The position numbers and the translations under genes are program-made. A stretch of DNA of 64,000 nt from the human T2T-CHM13v2.0 reference genome, Homo sapiens, in assembly GCF_009914755.1 (NCBI RefSeq), contig NC_060931.1; one strand, 5' to 3'. Below are positions 34,029 to 50,359 of the stretch, piece by piece. Below the pieces are notes generated by a model, which had not been told where the DNA came from, ran no database searches, and was given only the letters and a program-made list of their open reading frames with translations. Positions within the stretch are counted from its first letter, which is position 1. Each line of letters opens with the position of its first letter.

Positions 34029-36394
34029 GTACCTTTTATTCTTCGTTGTTTAAACTGGGTTTCTGTAACCAATGTAGGGGGGCAGTATTGTGAGTTGTGT
34101 TGATTTAACTTAGCAGCATTTGTTAAATTAACGTATGAGAACTGTATTACATTTTAATTTAAAATCTTAGTAAATTGAAGCAAATAACAAGTGACTTCAT
34201 TAAATTTCGTATTATTGTAATGAAATACTTTGCACAGGTTATGCTTTACAAAAAAGAGGCAAGATTAATTTTCTAAGCCAGGTGCAGTGGCTCACACCTG
34301 TAATCCCAGCACTTTGGGAGGCTGAGGCAGGTAGATCACTTGCGGCCGGGAGTTTGAGACCAGTCCGGCCAACATGATGAACTCCGTCTCAACTAAAAAA
34401 CAAAAATTAGCTAGGTGTGGTGGCATGTGCCTGTAGTCCCAGCTACTTGGGTGACTGAGGCAGAGAATCACTTGAACCCTGGAGACCAGAGGTTGCAGTG
34501 AGCCGAGATCGCACCACTGCACTCCAGCCTAGGCAACAGAGTGGGACTCTGTCTCAAAAAACAAAACCCAAAAAACAACAACAAAAAACCCCCAGAAAAC
34601 CCCAAAAGATTAATTTTCTATTTGTTAGGAACTACAAAGGCCCATTCTCATTTTGTGAGATGGTATGACATTTTAGGACTCCTTTTCAGCAGCAGTTACC
34701 ATGGAAGACTGAGTAAAGCCTTTCTCCAAACAGTAACAAAATACCCCCCACCCCACGCCATTTTTTCTTCTTTTTTTTTTGAAACTGGGTCTCACTCTGT
34801 TGCCCAGGCTGGAACGCAGTGGCACAATCATTACTCAATGCAACTTTGATCTCCTGGGCTCAAGCATTCCTCCCACCTCACCCTCCTGAGTAGCTGGGAC
34901 TACAAGCATACCTCACCATGCCCAGCTAATTTTTTTTATCTTTAGTAGAGATGAGGTCTTGCTCTGTTCCTCATGTTGGTCTTGAACTCCTGAGCCCAGG
35001 CAGTCTTCTTGCCTCTGCCTCCCAAAGTGCTGGGATTACAGATGTGAGCCATTGTGCCCGGCCCCAAATGCCTCTTATGAAATGCCCTTAAGCTTTGATT
35101 GTGATGGTTCACTAACGTGGTTTGCAGAACCAAATTTGAGTCTGAGAAAATAATATGTACATTCATTGTTAGTACCTCAATTTTGAAATTATAAAAGTGA
35201 TATTATAGAGTTGTAGAATTTTTGATAAGGGAAAGGAAAACAATTTACCCATATGCCTGCTACCCTAATATAATGACTTTGGTCATTTTGGTATATGTCT
35301 CTCAGCTCTTTTTCTGGTGCGTGGTTTTTTTGTTTGTTTGTTTGTTTTGTTTTGTTTTGTTTTGTTTTGTTTGAGACAGGGTCTCGCTCTGTCGCCCAGG
35401 CTGGAGTGCAGTGGTGCGATCTTGGTTCACTGCAACCTCTGCCTCCTGGGCTCAAGTGATCCTCTCACGTCGGCCTCCTGAGTAGCTGGGACTACAGGTG
35501 TGTACCACCACACCCGGCTAATTTTTTGTAGTTTTTTAGAGATGGGGTTTCATGAGAGGCTGATGTATAAAGCAGAGTGCCAGGTCATTCATTTGTGATG
35601 AGAACCATAACTGTCAAGTGGACTGGATACACTAACCGGTATATTCCACCTTAGGCAATCTCTGTGTAAAGTGAGTTTACTAGATTATTTAGTGACTGTA
35701 CTGTAGCTGAAATAGAACGCAATGTTGCCAAATAGAAAAATACTTTTACTGGGACTGAAGATAATTTTTTTTTTTGAGGCAGAGTCTCACTCTGTCGCCA
35801 GGCTGGAGTGCAGTGGCATGATCTCGGCTCACTGCAACCTCCACCTCCTGAGTAGCTGGGACTACAGGCACGTGCCACCACGCCCAGCTAATTTTTGTAC
35901 TTAGAGTAAAGATGGAGTTTCAACATGTTGGCCAGGATGGTCTCAATCTCCTGACCTCATGATCAGCCTGCCTTGGCCTCCCAAAGTGCTGGGATTACAG
36001 GTGTGAGCCACCTGCTCCCTGCCCGATAATTGTTTTCTTAGAGTCAATGTATTGTCTACCCAAGATGGTTTTTTGGAGGGGCACTGCCATTATTTGCCTC
36101 TCTGGCTCTCTCTTTTCCTATGTTGCTGCCACAGCAAACATAACCAACTTTCTTAACACATTCTTCAGCTATCTTTATCCTCTTTAATTAGGTACTTTCA
36201 GCTATTATAGACCAGCAAGGCTTTGGTTTCATTTTAAGTTGAATTTGCATTTCTCTTGTATGAACTACTGATAATTTTTACAAACGTAACTCTCAAAGAG
36301 CAGTTTTATTTTCTGCCTTCCCATGTTCTCAGGGTTCATCTTAGTGTTCCTTCATGAACCTCCTACAATTGGTAATTGTTGTTGTCCTCTGCAG

Positions 36395-36569
36395 AGGAAA
36401 CGTACTGCACATGAGCGTGCCAAGGAACTTTACAGTTCAGGGGAGTTTTCCAGTGGCAGAAAGTGGGAAGATGATGCTCCCAAGGAAGAAGTAGATACCG
36501 GGGCTGTGAACTTGATTGAGTCAGGAGCTTGTGGAGCTTTTGTTCATGGGTTGGAAGATGAGATGTATG
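36395..36569 (+). pseudogene. INTS4P: INTS4-like exon (ex10, 175 nt)
   Basis: ctgcag|RKRTAHERAKELYSSGEFSSGRKWEDDAPKEEVDTGAVNLIESGACGAFVHGLEDEMY G|gtaagt. Confidence 0.93.
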
Positions 36570-37058
36570 GTAAGTATGACTGTATAATAGCAATAGCACT
36601 CTTTAAGTGACTGCTGTGTGTCAGGCATTGTACTGGGTGATACACATGTATCGTTTCATTTAGTCCTCACAGTAACTCTGGGAAGTACTTACTATGCTTT
36701 TTATTTTACACACAGAAGAGACTGAGGCCCCAGTAGTATGAGACAATGGTAAAGAGCAAGAGATTTGGGTTCAGTCAATCTATATTTAAATTCCAGCATT
36801 TTTATAAAACAGGGATAATAATAACTATCTTTCTGAGTTGTGAGAATTAAATGAGGTTCTGTATACATAAAGCACTTGGCATAATACATGTGCCTATTTA
36901 TAATAAGCACTTAATAATTGGTAATTAAAATTGATATTAATAAAAATAATAACTTGATATTACTTACCCAGCTAGTAAGAGACAGAGCAAGATTTAAACC
37001 TAGGTATGTCTGACTGCCAAACCTTTATATGACTGATGAATATTTTATTTCACCTTCA

Positions 37059-37241
<183 letters not shown>

Positions 37242-40200
37242 TCAACTGCTAGAGAGGCTCAGACACAAGAATCACTTGAACTCAGGAGGCAGAGGTTGCA
37301 GTGAGCTGAGATCGTGCCACAGCACTCCAGCCTGGGCAAGCAACAGAGCAAAACTCTGTCTCAAAAAATAAATAAATAAATAAATAAATAAATATAGAAA
37401 GATATTTTTGTGGGAATCCAATTCTAGATTAATAAGTTTTTTTTTTCCAAGAGACTTTTTTGTTTTTTGAGACAGGGTCTCACTGTGTCACCCAGGCTAG
37501 AGTGTAGTGGTGTGATCACAGCTCACTGAAGCCTTGACTTCCTGGACCCAAGCAATCCTCCCACCTCAGCCTCTCGAGTAGCTGGGACCAGAAGCACATG
37601 TCACCATGCCCGGCTAATTTTTTAATTTTTTGCAGAGACAGGGCCTCCCTATATTGTCCAAGCCAGTCTTGAACTCCTGGGCTCAAGTGATCCTTTTGCC
37701 TTGGCCTCCTAAAGTGTTGAGATTGCGGGCGTGAGCCACTGTGCGTGGCCTCTACCAGTCTTTTAATGATATTGCTCCATAGTTTTCTGTTGAGAAATCT
37801 GCTGTCGTTTTTATCTTCCTCTGTATATAATGTGTCTTTTTATCTCAAGCTGCTTTTAAGATTTCTCTTTATCACTGGTTTTAAACAATTTGATTATGAT
37901 ATGCCTAGGTATAGTATAGTTCATGTCATGTTTCTTTTGTTTGGAGTTTGTTGAGCTTCTTGAATCAAATAGTTTTCATCACAGTTGGAAATTTTTTTTT
38001 GCTATTATTTCTTTCTCTCTCTTTTTTTTTCGGGGGGTGTGGCGGGGACAGAGTTTTGCCCAGGCTGAAGTGCAGTGGTGTGATCTTGGCTCACTGCAAT
38101 CTCTGCATCCTGAGTTCAGGCAATTCTCGTGCTTCAGCCTCCCCAGTAGTTGGGACTGCAGGTGCCCACCACCACTCTCGGCTAATTTCTGTATTTTTAG
38201 TAGAGACGGGGTTTTGCCATGTTGCCGAGGCTGGTCTCAAACCCCTGAGCTCAACTTATCTGCGCGCTTCAGCCTCCCAAAGTGCCGGGATTACAGGTGT
38301 GAGCCACCATACCCAGCCACTATTATTTTTTTAAATTTCTCTGACTCTACAGGCCCTTTGGCGACTTTCATTACACATGCATTAGGATACTGACATTGTT
38401 TTGCAGCTCACTGATGTTCTATTCTTCCTTCCTTCCTTCCTTCCTTCCTTTCTTTCTCCAGTTTTTATTTTCTCTTTGTGTTTGATTTTGGATAGTATCT
38501 ATTGCTTTGTCTTTGAGTGTTGCAAGATATAATCTGATGTTAATCCCACCCAGTATATTTTTCATCTCGGACATGTAGTTTCTGTCTCTAGAAGTTTGAT
38601 TAGAATTTGGGTTTTTTCCACCCTGGACCACATAAGGAGACCCTATCTCTACAAAAAATTTAAAATTAGCCAGACATGGTTGTGCATTGCCTTTAGTCCC
38701 AGCTACTTGGGAGGCTGAGGCAGGAGGATTGCTTGAGCCCAGGAGTTAGAGGTTGCAGGGAGCCATGATCACACAAGTGCACTCCAGTCTGGGTGACAGA
38801 GCAAGACCCTGTCTCAAAAAAAAAAGAAGAAAGAGTTTGGGTCTTTTTAGTATCTACCGTGTCTTTCTTAACATACTTAATCTTTCCTCTAGCTTTGTCA
38901 ACAGATAATATGTTTATAATTGTCTTACTATCCTTGTTTACTAGGACTATTATTTCTGTGATTCCTAGGTTGGTTTTGATTGATTTTTTTTCCTCCAGTA
39001 TTATATATTCATCCTGTGTATATTCCATCCTGTGTCTTTTCATGTCTGATAATTTTTAATTGGATGCCAGACATTATAGATTTCACTTTATTGGATACTG
39101 AACATTATTTTATTCCTATAAATATTTTTGAGCTTTGTTCTGGGATCCATTTTTTCAGGTCTTATACTTTGTTAGGCAGGATTAGAGTAGCATTTAGCCT
39201 ACAGCTTACTTTTCTCCACTAGTGAAGCAAAAAACTCTTCTTTTTCACTACTTGAAGCACAAAACCTCTTCTTTTCTTTTTTCTCTCTCTCTTTTTTTTT
39301 TTTTTTTTTGAGACAGGATCTTGCTCTGTTGCCCAGGCTGGAGTGCCAAGGTACAGTCACGGCTCGCTGCAGCCTTGACCTCCTGGGCTCAAACAACCTT
39401 CCCACCTCAGCCTCCTGAGTAACTAGGACCACAGGTGGGCACCACCACACCTGGCTAATTTTTGTATTTTTTGTAGAGATGAGTTTTGCCATGTTGCCCA
39501 GGCCAGGCTTGAAGTCCTGGCCTCAAGCAATCCGGCCACCTCGGCCTCCCAGAGTTTTAGGATGACAGACATAAGCCACCACACCTGGCTGCAAAATTCT
39601 TCTAAGTTAACTGTGGTTTTATAGGCCCTGTGTGACCTCTGGAGATTGTTTCCTCTCATTGTTTTGAGTGGTTCTTTTCCAGGCCTCAGATGGTCTCTGT
39701 CGCACAGATCAGAATTCAGCTGAAGACTTGAGGCGACCATCTGCAGATCTCCCAAGCTCTCTGTCTCTCTGTGTAGTTCTCTCCTTTCCAGAAATTTGCT
39801 CTATGAACTCTAGCCACATTGGACTTCCCAAACTCCTAGCTCAATCTTCTCAACTCAGGGAGAGAAGACCTAGTGCCTGGAGTCTCTCTAAACGGAATTG
39901 TAATCATTGAGATCACCTCATTTATTTCCCATCTCTCAGGGATTGCAGTCCTTTATTGCCAGATGCCCAGTGTCTGGAATGCTGTTGTTTCATATATTTT
40001 GTCTCTGTCTCATCCTTGGAGGATAAAGCCGGTCCTCATTACTCCATCTTGTAATAGACATCCTATAAAGCCCATGTGATTTCCATATGCTGTCTGTCTC
40101 ACGTACATCTCAGAATTTCAGTGCTTTGAGATGATTGACTCCAGCCTCTTCATTATCAGCAAGGGTAACAGACCTGGTGAGGTAATGTTGATTGTCCACG

Positions 40201-40635
40201 TTTTACAGTAAATTTGTGCCAGAGACCTGTGCCAGGTCTTAAAAATGCCTATACAATCATACCTCAGGATAGAACTGCTTCTTAGAAGGGCAAGAATATT
40301 ATTTTTGAAAGAAAGTTTTTCATCAGTAGATGTAAGAATTGGGTTATCCTATCATTTGTTCTAAAATGTTCCATATGTATAGAAAGTAAATCTACCTCTG
40401 CTTTTTGATTCTCTATGAACTTAAAATATGAATTACAATTTAAATAATATTGGATAATAAGGAAGTCCAGTTATTAAAACCTATTTTACTCTAAAATGAG
40501 TAACTGAAACCTATTTTGTTTCTGTTAGCATTTTTGCTTTGTTTTGTTTCTACAACTGAATTTCATCACTTTTAACATTTATATGATTTAGTTATACAGT
40601 TTTCAGTTTGCCATTAAGATTTTTTAAATACTTTT

Positions 40636-42133
40636 TTTTATACTTTTAAGTTCTGGGGTACATGTGCAGAACGTGCAGGTTTGTTACATAGGTATACACG
40701 TGCCATGGTGGTTTGCTGCACCCGTCAACCCATCATCTACGTTAGGTATTTCTCCTAATGCTATCCCTCCCCCAGCCCCCCACCCCCTAACAGGCCCCAG
40801 TGTGTGATGCCCCCCACCTGCAGTGTCCATGTGTTCTCATTGTTCACCTCCCACTTATGAGTGAGAACATGCGGTGTTTGGTCTTCTGTTCTTGTGCTAG
40901 TTTGCTGAGAATGATGGTTTCCAGCTTCATCCATGTCCTTGCAAATAACATGAACTCATCCTTTTTTATGGCTGCGTGGTATTCCATGGTGTATATGTGC
41001 CACGTTTTCTTTATCCAGTCTATCACTGATGGGCCTTTGGGTTGGTTCCAAGTCTTTACTATTGTGAATAGTGCTGCAATAAACATATGTGTGCATGTGT
41101 TTTTATAGTAGAATGATTTATAAGGCTTTGGGTATATGCCCAGTAATGGGATTGCTGGGTCAAATGGTATTTCTGGTTCTAGATCCTTGAGGAATCACTA
41201 CACTGTCTTCCACAATGGCTGAACTAATTTACACTCCCACCAACAGTGTAAAAGTGTTCCTGTTTCTCCACATCTTCTCCAGCATCTGTTGTTTCCTGAC
41301 TTTTTAATGATTGCCATTCTAACTGGTGTGAGATGGTATCTCACTGTGGTTTTGATTTGCATTTCTCTAATGACCAGTGATGATGAGCTTTTTTTAATAT
41401 GTTTGTTGGTTGCATAAATGTCTTCTTTTGAGAAATGTCTGTTCGTATCATTTGCCCACTTTTTGATGGGGTCATGGTTTTTTTCTTTTTTGTGTGTGTG
41501 AATTTAAGTTCCTTGTAGATTCTGGATATTAGCTCTTTGTCAGATGGATAGGTTACAAAAATTTTCTCCCATTGTGTAGGTTGCCTGTTCACTCTGATGA
41601 TAGTTTCTTTTGCTGTGCAGAAGCTCTTTAGTTTAATTAGATCCCAGTTGTCAATTTTGGCTTCGTTGCCGTTGCTTTTGGTGTTTTAGTCATGAAGTCT
41701 TTGCCAATGCCTGTGTCCTGAATGGTATTGCCTAGATTTTCTTCTAGGGTTTTTATGGTTTTAGGTCTTACATTTAAGCCTTTAATCCATCTTGAGTTAA
41801 TTTTTGTATAAAGTATAAGGAAGGGATCCAGTTTCAGTTTTCTGCATATGGCTAGCCAGTTTTCCTAACACCATTTATTAAATAGAGAATCCTTTCCCTG
41901 TTGGTTGTTTTTGTCAGGTTTGTCAAAGATCAGATGGTTGTAGATGTGTGGTGTTATTTCTGAGGGCTCTGTTCTGTTCCATTGGTCTATATATCTGTTT
42001 TGGTACCAGTACTATGCTGTTTTGGTTACTGTAGCCTTGTAGTATAGTTTGAAGTCAGGTAGCGTGAGGCCTCCAGCTTTGTTCTTTTTGCTTAGAATTG
42101 TCTTGGCTATGTGGGCCCTTTTTTGGTTCCATA
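40636..42133 (-). mobile_element. L1PA7/8-like 3' fragment
   Basis: ORF2 C-terminal peptides 40844-41086(-) and 41341-41592(-); L1PA 3'UTR. Confidence 0.9.
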
Positions 42134-42554
42134 CTAGTATATATATTTAAGGGGTACATGAGATGTTTTGATACAGGCATGAAATATGAAATAATCACAT
42201 CATATAGATAGGTATCCATCTCCTCAAGGATTTATCCTTCGTGTTGCAAATGTTATTAAGATGTAATCAAATTAACTTAAGTTTAAAAAGTGAGTATACC
42301 ATAACCAGGTATCAGGTATGACAGCTTTCTAATTTTATCACATTTATACAATTCTGGGAAAATTTGGGTTTTAGGGGTGCATTGCTGGGAATGAAATGGA
42401 GCCTTATTTCGCTGGCTGTTCACTCTAGTGTAGTGCCTCACATACTTCTAGTCTTCTAATTTATCCATCTTCTCTCTCCTTTTTGGGACTTTGTGCATGC
42501 AGCTTTTCTTCTAGAAAGGCCTTTTTCTTTCTTTTGGCTTAGCAGCTCTTTTAG

Positions 42555-42952
<398 letters not shown>

Positions 42953-44985
42953 TCCCTGTGCTTTTCCATGGCAACAGTCATCACTCTGTAATGCAATTAA
43001 CTGTTCTTATTTGTAAGCCTGGGGGATAGTCTTGCTTTTGTTCATCTTTGTGTCTTTAGTACTAAGTACAAACCTAATAGGTAGCTAAGTCTGGACCCAA
43101 TTATACATGTGCAGATGCTGAGGATCAGTCTTTTTTAAAATATAGTATAGTAGATTCCTTTTCTCTGCTCTGTACCCATGGGGAATCTGTGACATATTAT
43201 TTATTTATTTTTAATTAACTTTTTTTATAGAGATGGGGTCTCACTATGTTGCCCAGGCTGGTGTTGAACTCCTGGGCTCAAGTGATCCTCCTGCCTTGGC
43301 CTCTCAAAGTGCTGGGATTACAGGCGTGACATGCCTGGCCGACATATCTTCAACATTCCAAAAAGTTCAGTGGAAAATGTCAATTTTCTTGCTTATAGTC
43401 TGGCCGTTCAGGCAAAGTAAAATACCACATTTCTTTGCTTCTGCTTGGAACTGTATCAGCTGAGGTCACACTGATTATCTCTTTCCGATCAGAAATTCCT
43501 TCCTGATTGCCTTGGTGGACTTGCAAACGTTACATATGAGTCAGTGTGGTGTAATGGTTAAAATTCTAGGAGGAAGAGCCAGCACTTAACATGTTTGGGT
43601 TTATCTCTAGCTTGCCTTATAATTAGCAATTTCATGTTGAAATTATATTATTGTGAAGTGAAGAAAATTGTTCTCTTCTGATGAAAAGGAGGAATTCATA
43701 ACTACCAAGAAAAACCTGAATCATCTGTCTTTACTGTAGTAACTCTACTTTTAACATGTCTATAAAACCTTTCTTTATACAAAGAGGAAATTGTGTTTGT
43801 GAGTTTTAACCACAACTTTAGGTACTTATTGTTTTGTTTGTTTTGGAATAGTCCATTTTGTTACAGAAGCATATGGGAATCACTAGAAAAAAACAACCAT
43901 GTATAGAAGTCTTGTGAGCATTTTCTGTGTCTTACTCATTTCTCATCTTTGTATCCTAGCCCTTAGTACTGCACCTAGCATATAGTATGTGTTCAGGACC
44001 CATTTATTAGTGAATGAAGAAAGGGCTTCCTCGGATCAGTGGCTTTATTGTTTACATGTTCTGAGCATGCCAAGGGGTGGAAAACATGCCTCTGTTTTCA
44101 GGGTGCTTACAGAACCCAAACCTATACCCTAGGTGATACTTACTGAGCCCTTAAAATATGCCAGGCAGAGTCCCTATGTGCTTTACCTGTATTATCTCAT
44201 TTAGTCCTAACAACTCTGTAAGGAAATGAGTATTATGTCCATTTACCAGGTGAGAAATTTGAGGTGCCAGGAAGTTGAGTTACTTATTCAAGATCACCCT
44301 CCAACTTAGTGGAGGGATCATTCACTACAGTGTGCTCTGAGACCTCTATCATTCCAAGCATGTATCCTTAACCACTATATGATTTTAGCCTACAATCAAC
44401 AGACCTGAGTATTGGTCCTATTCCTGCCCTCATTCACTTTGAGGCAAGTTAATCCACGTTGCTGAATCTTACCTGTAAAATTCGAACAATGATATTTAGT
44501 CTACTTTAATCTTAATAATAATGATAACATTATTTACTAACTGACTTTCTAAAAAGTACTGTGGTCGGAATACTGAGATAAGTAAGACAACTTAATTTTC
44601 AAGAAGTTAATGTAGACAGACATGTAGACAGACTCATCACATATATGTGGAGTCAGATTTAAGCCATAGTCCTTGTGATACTAAAGTCCATGTTCTTAGA
44701 TCGACGTTAAGGTGGGTGGTATGTGAAACTGTGGGCATAGAGATCTCCCAGGGAGAGTTTATAGAATGAGAGGAGTAGAGAATAGAAGACAGCCTGAAGG
44801 AGAATGAATCCATCTTGGACTTTTCCCATGGCTCTTAATTTGATATGAGTTACTTTATATATATATAAAATATGGGGCTTCAGTGTGTTGCTCAGGCCGG
44901 CCTTGAACTCCTGAGCTCAAATGATCCTCCCACCTCAGCTTCCCGAGTAGCTGGGACTTTGGTGTATGGCACTGCACCTGGCTGA

Positions 44986-45201
<216 letters not shown>

Positions 45202-45502
45202 TGAGATAGGGTCTCGTTCTGTCACCAGGCTGGAGTGCAGTGGCACGACCTTGGCTAACTGTAATTTCTGCCTCCCAGGTTGAAGTGATCCTCCCATCTC
45301 AGCCTCCCAAGTAGCTGAGAGAACAGGCGCACACTACCACAGCCAGCTAATTTTTTAATATTTTTGGTAGAAACAGAGTTTTACCACATTGCATAGGCGG
45401 GCTCAAGTGGTCTGCCTACCTTGGCCTCCCAAAGTGTTGGGATTACAGGCATGAGCCACTGTGCCCAGCCTGATGTGCAATTTCATTTGTTCTTTTTTCT
45501 AG

Positions 45503-45708
45503 AGGTTCGTATTGCTGCTGTGGAGGCCCTCTGCATGTTGGCCCAGTCTTCACCCTCTTTTGCTGAGAAGTGCCTTGATTTCCTAGTTGACATGTTCAAC
45601 GATGAAATTGAGGAAGTACGTCTGCAGTCCATACATACCATGAGAAAAATCTCTAACAACATCACCCTCCGAGAAGATCAGCTTGACACTGTCCTGGCTG
45701 TGCTAGAG
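45503..45708 (+). pseudogene. INTS4P: INTS4-like exon (ex11, 206 nt)
   Basis: ttctag|[69 protein letters not shown]|gtgagt. Confidence 0.93.
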
Positions 45709-47377
45709 GTGAGTGTTCCTAATTTGTTACTCATTTCTTCATCCCTCACCCCCCCCCCCCGTTAAAATCAGGTATTGGTGACAGAACAGTATATCGGGCA
45801 GCACAGTTCTGTTTTCTCACCATATCCCTCCCCTAAGATGGAAGAAATTGACTGTGAAACAGGAAATTTGAATAAGCTTGGTCTTTCTGTGATCAAGAAA
45901 GGATAGGATGCCTAGGGAATACATAGTGTCTAACCTGAATTGGCTGAGGTGAGGTTGGGAAGAAGGAGGAAGTGCTGTAGTGGACACTTGAAGGAGGAAT
46001 AGGACTTAACTGGGCTTTTTTTTTTCCTTCTTCTTTTGAGACAGGGTCTCACTCTGTCACTCAAGCTGAAGTGCATCTTTTTTAAAGGAGAAGTGACACC
46101 GGTGGTAGGATGAAAGGGTACCAGACAGAGGGAACAATGTCTAAAGATGCAGAGATAAGACAGAATATGATAATTCAAGGAACTAAAAAGAGTTTATTAT
46201 AATGATAGCGTAGAGTTGAAGAGATGGAAGAGTGGAAGAAGTGGCTATAGATAAGGTAGGGGCTAAATAATGAAGAGTTCTTTTCAACCTTTAATTTGAT
46301 TTTATTCTTGTAGTGAATCATAGGCTGTTACAGCAGCAAGTGCTCTTAGGGATTGATTCATTCTACCCTGGGAATTTTATAGAGAAAAAATAAGTTGTCT
46401 GAGTTAGTGGCTGAACCAAAATGTAAACACAGAGTTGCTTCCCAGGCCGTACAGCTCTAGGTAGTTCTTGTATTATTTTTCTAAAATGTCTGGATTTTAA
46501 TTGCAACTACTCAAGTTCTTCAGAGTATTCATAAATGGGGTTTGTCCTCTGGTTTCCTTTTTGGGGAAGATGGGGTTCAGATGTGAAAGGGATAGTAATT
46601 AGGTGCTTAGTTTTTAGAACACTTGTAACAGATTTCTACTGCATACTTTAAAGAATAGCTGGTGCTTTGGTTTTGAAGGTCCCTACCATTCTCTCAGCTG
46701 CTTAGCACTTCTACTAAGATTTTTCCTGAATTATAAATCTTTATAATTTTTTCATGTATTTTTTCCTAAAAATAAGTTTACATTCTATGTGTGGTTCTTC
46801 ATAGGTGGCCTCATACATAGCCTAGCCACTCCTTTCCTTTTTAGCTTTCTTTTCCACCATTCCTCACCTTGAACTTTATGCTGAAGTCACTTTCCTACAC
46901 ATATGGCTTTTCCTCACAATTTTACCTTCAATGTAATTTCCCCCTCAGTTTGCAAAACTGCCACTTTAACCCAGGAGACGTCCACTTATTCCCACAGCCT
47001 ATATTAGGTAACATATCCAGGAAGCCTTCCCTAACTGTTACTCCCAGCCCTGGGTGGGCTAAATGCCACCACTCTATTCCCATAGCACTCTGTGTATACT
47101 GCTCTAGCATTTTTCAGTAATTCTCTATTTCATAAGACTGTGAGCTCCTCAAGGTGTCTTGACTTTTCTTTTCTCTTTTGTTTTCCTTTCCTTTCCTTTT
47201 TCTTTTCCTTTTTCCTTTCCTTTCCTTTTTTTTTTGTTTTTTGTTTGTTTGTTTGTTTTTTGCTTTTTGAGGCTGAGTCTCGCTCTGTTCCCCAGGCTGG
47301 ATTGCAGTGTCGCGATCTTGGCTTACTGCAACCTTCACCTCCTGGGTTCAAGCAATTCTCCTGCCTCAGTCTCCTGA

Positions 47378-47530
<153 letters not shown>

Positions 47531-48548
47531 TGAGCCACCGTGCCCAGCTGACTCTTCATTTTTTTATTACCAATGTCTTGCAGCAGTGTCTGGCACAATT
47601 AGGTGCTCGGCAAGTGTTTGCTGAGTAGCTGAGCTATGTTCCAAGCTATGTTTTGATGTACAGAATTGTTCACAGGTATGCTTATTTGTGAGTACTTATG
47701 TATATAACTCACAAAGAATCCTTGCTTTTTAATTCTTTTCAGGAGTTCAGACCCATATAAACTTACAGTAGACTATTCTTCCACCCTGCTGTGCACTGCT
47801 CCCTTATATTTTCTGTGTCACTGTGCTTCATTGCTTTGAGCCTTACCTTGCTGACCCTTCCAGGTGGAATTTGCCTTTTTTTTTTTTCCTGCTATGTCAA
47901 GATCCTACCCTGCCTAGAAAAACTCACTTCTTTATTCAACAAGCACTGTCTATGTATTAGAAATATAGGGATATCAAAACAGACAGGATCCCTGCTGTCA
48001 TAAAACTTATATTCTAAAGAGAGGTGGAGTAAACAAACAAAATGATTTCAGATGGTGATAAATGTTTTGCAGAAGATAAACAGTATGATGGAGGAATGGG
48101 GAATTTCTCTGTAATTTGAGTGGTTAGTAAAGACTTTCTGAGGAGATGATGTTCAAGTTGAGTCTTGAATGGTAAACAGAAGCTAGCTATGTGAAGACTG
48201 GGAGAATAACTTCAGGTAGAGGCAACAGCTAGTGGGAAGGCTCTAAAATACAAGTGAGCTTTGTTGTGTTTGCAGAATAGAGAGAAAGCCAGTAGGAGTG
48301 AACCACAGTGAGAAAGTAGAAATGTGGCATGAAATGAAGTCTGAGAGGGGATTAGGGAGAGGTGGAGAGCCTTGTAGGCCATTTTAAGATGTCTGGATTT
48401 TATTCTAACATTATGGAAAACTGTTGCAGAATTTTATGGATAGGAGTGACATTTCGATTTGCCTCTCTTTTAATATTTCTCATTCTTGAAATCTTGAAAT
48501 TCACTTCAGATAGATCGACTTTTCCCTCACTCCTCCATTTAGCACATA

Positions 48549-48870
48549 CAGGTATACCTCTCTTTATTGGGCTTTGCAGATATTGTATTTTTTTAATAAA
48601 TTGAGAGATTGCGGCAACCATGCATTGAGCAAGTCTATCAGTGCCATTTTTCCAATAGCATGTGCTCACTTTATGTCTGTGTCACATTTTGGTAATTCTT
48701 GCAATATTTCAAACTTTTTCATTATTACATCTGTTACAGTGATCTGTGATCCGTGATCTTTGATGTTACTGTTGTAATTGTTTTGGGATGCCACAAACTG
48801 TGCCTGTATAAGATGGCAAACTTAATAAGTGTGTGTGTTCTGAGTGTTCTGCTAACTGGCCATTCCCAGC
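48549..48870 (+). mobile_element. Tigger1 5' fragment
   Basis: TA|CAGGTATACCTC...GAGCAAGTCTATCAGTGCCATTTTTCCAATAGCATGTGCTCAC. Confidence 0.75.
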
Positions 48871-49182
48871 CTCTCTCTTAGCCTTTCTTCTTAGCCTGTC
48901 CTTTTTCCTAGTTGCAAAAAGGCTCTTGTACCTTCAGCATCATGATTGAGTTCCAGATAGGATGGAAAAGGAAGGTTAAAGAAGAAAGGGGATAAAGCTA
49001 CTGCCTCTGGTCCTTTATCAATAAAATGAAAGATATTTCAGGAATTTCAGCCAAAAAACTTCCACATACTTTGTTACATGGCCACCCCAGATGGGAAGGT
49101 GGCTGGGGAGAAGGGGATGGTAGATAGAGGCTGAGTCTGCTAACCAACAGTAACTACTATTATTATTACTTTTTTTTAAAAG

Positions 49183-49325
49183 GATTCATCCAGAGATATT
49201 CGAGAGGCTCTTCATGAACTCTTATGCTGTACTAATGTTTCAACCAAAGAAGGGATTCATCTTGCATTGGTGGAGCTGCTGAAAAATTTAACCAAGTACC
49301 CTACTGATAGGGACTCCATATGGAA
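49183..49325 (+). pseudogene. INTS4P: INTS4-like exon (ex12, 143 nt)
   Basis: aaaag|DSSRDIREALHELLCCTNVSTKEGIHLALVELLKNLTKYPTDRDSIW AA|gtaatg. Confidence 0.92.
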
Positions 49326-49699
49326 GTAATGACTTTTTTGCCCATTTACTCACTGAGTCGCATAATGTGGTAAATGTACGATGCTGACATTTGTTCCGTC
49401 CTTATAGATTGAGGGTAGTACGGCCCTGAATTTTGCCTTTACTTTAGAAACCTGATTGAACTTAACCGCTCTCAGGAATCTGATTCCTAAGCTGAATATC
49501 ACATTTTAGATTACTTACTAATTTGTGCATCTATCCACCTAGCAAATATTATGTGCCTGCTGTGTGCTGACTACGCACCAACCCTTGTGGTAGCTGTTAC
49601 AAGTATAGAAATAAATTAATTAGATTTCCTCTTTCTCCTATATAGTGTTTTGTTTTGTTACTTTTTTTTTTGAGATGGAGTCTCGCTCTGTCACCCTGA

Positions 49700-49840
<141 letters not shown>

Positions 49841-49993
49841 TAGTAGAGATGGGGTTTTACCATGTTGGTTAGGCTGGTCTTGAACTCCTGACCTCAGGTG
49901 ATCCACCTGCCCTGGCCTCCCAAAGTGCTGGGATTACAGGCATGAGCCACTGTGCCCAGCCTTATTATTTTTTATTCATTAAGTTCTGGTTTA

Positions 49994-50359
<366 letters not shown>

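Noticed and set aside
35553-35660. Possible intronic C/D snoRNA (GTGATGA motif)
   Set aside because: No convincing D box (CTGA) with terminal stem at a suitable distance
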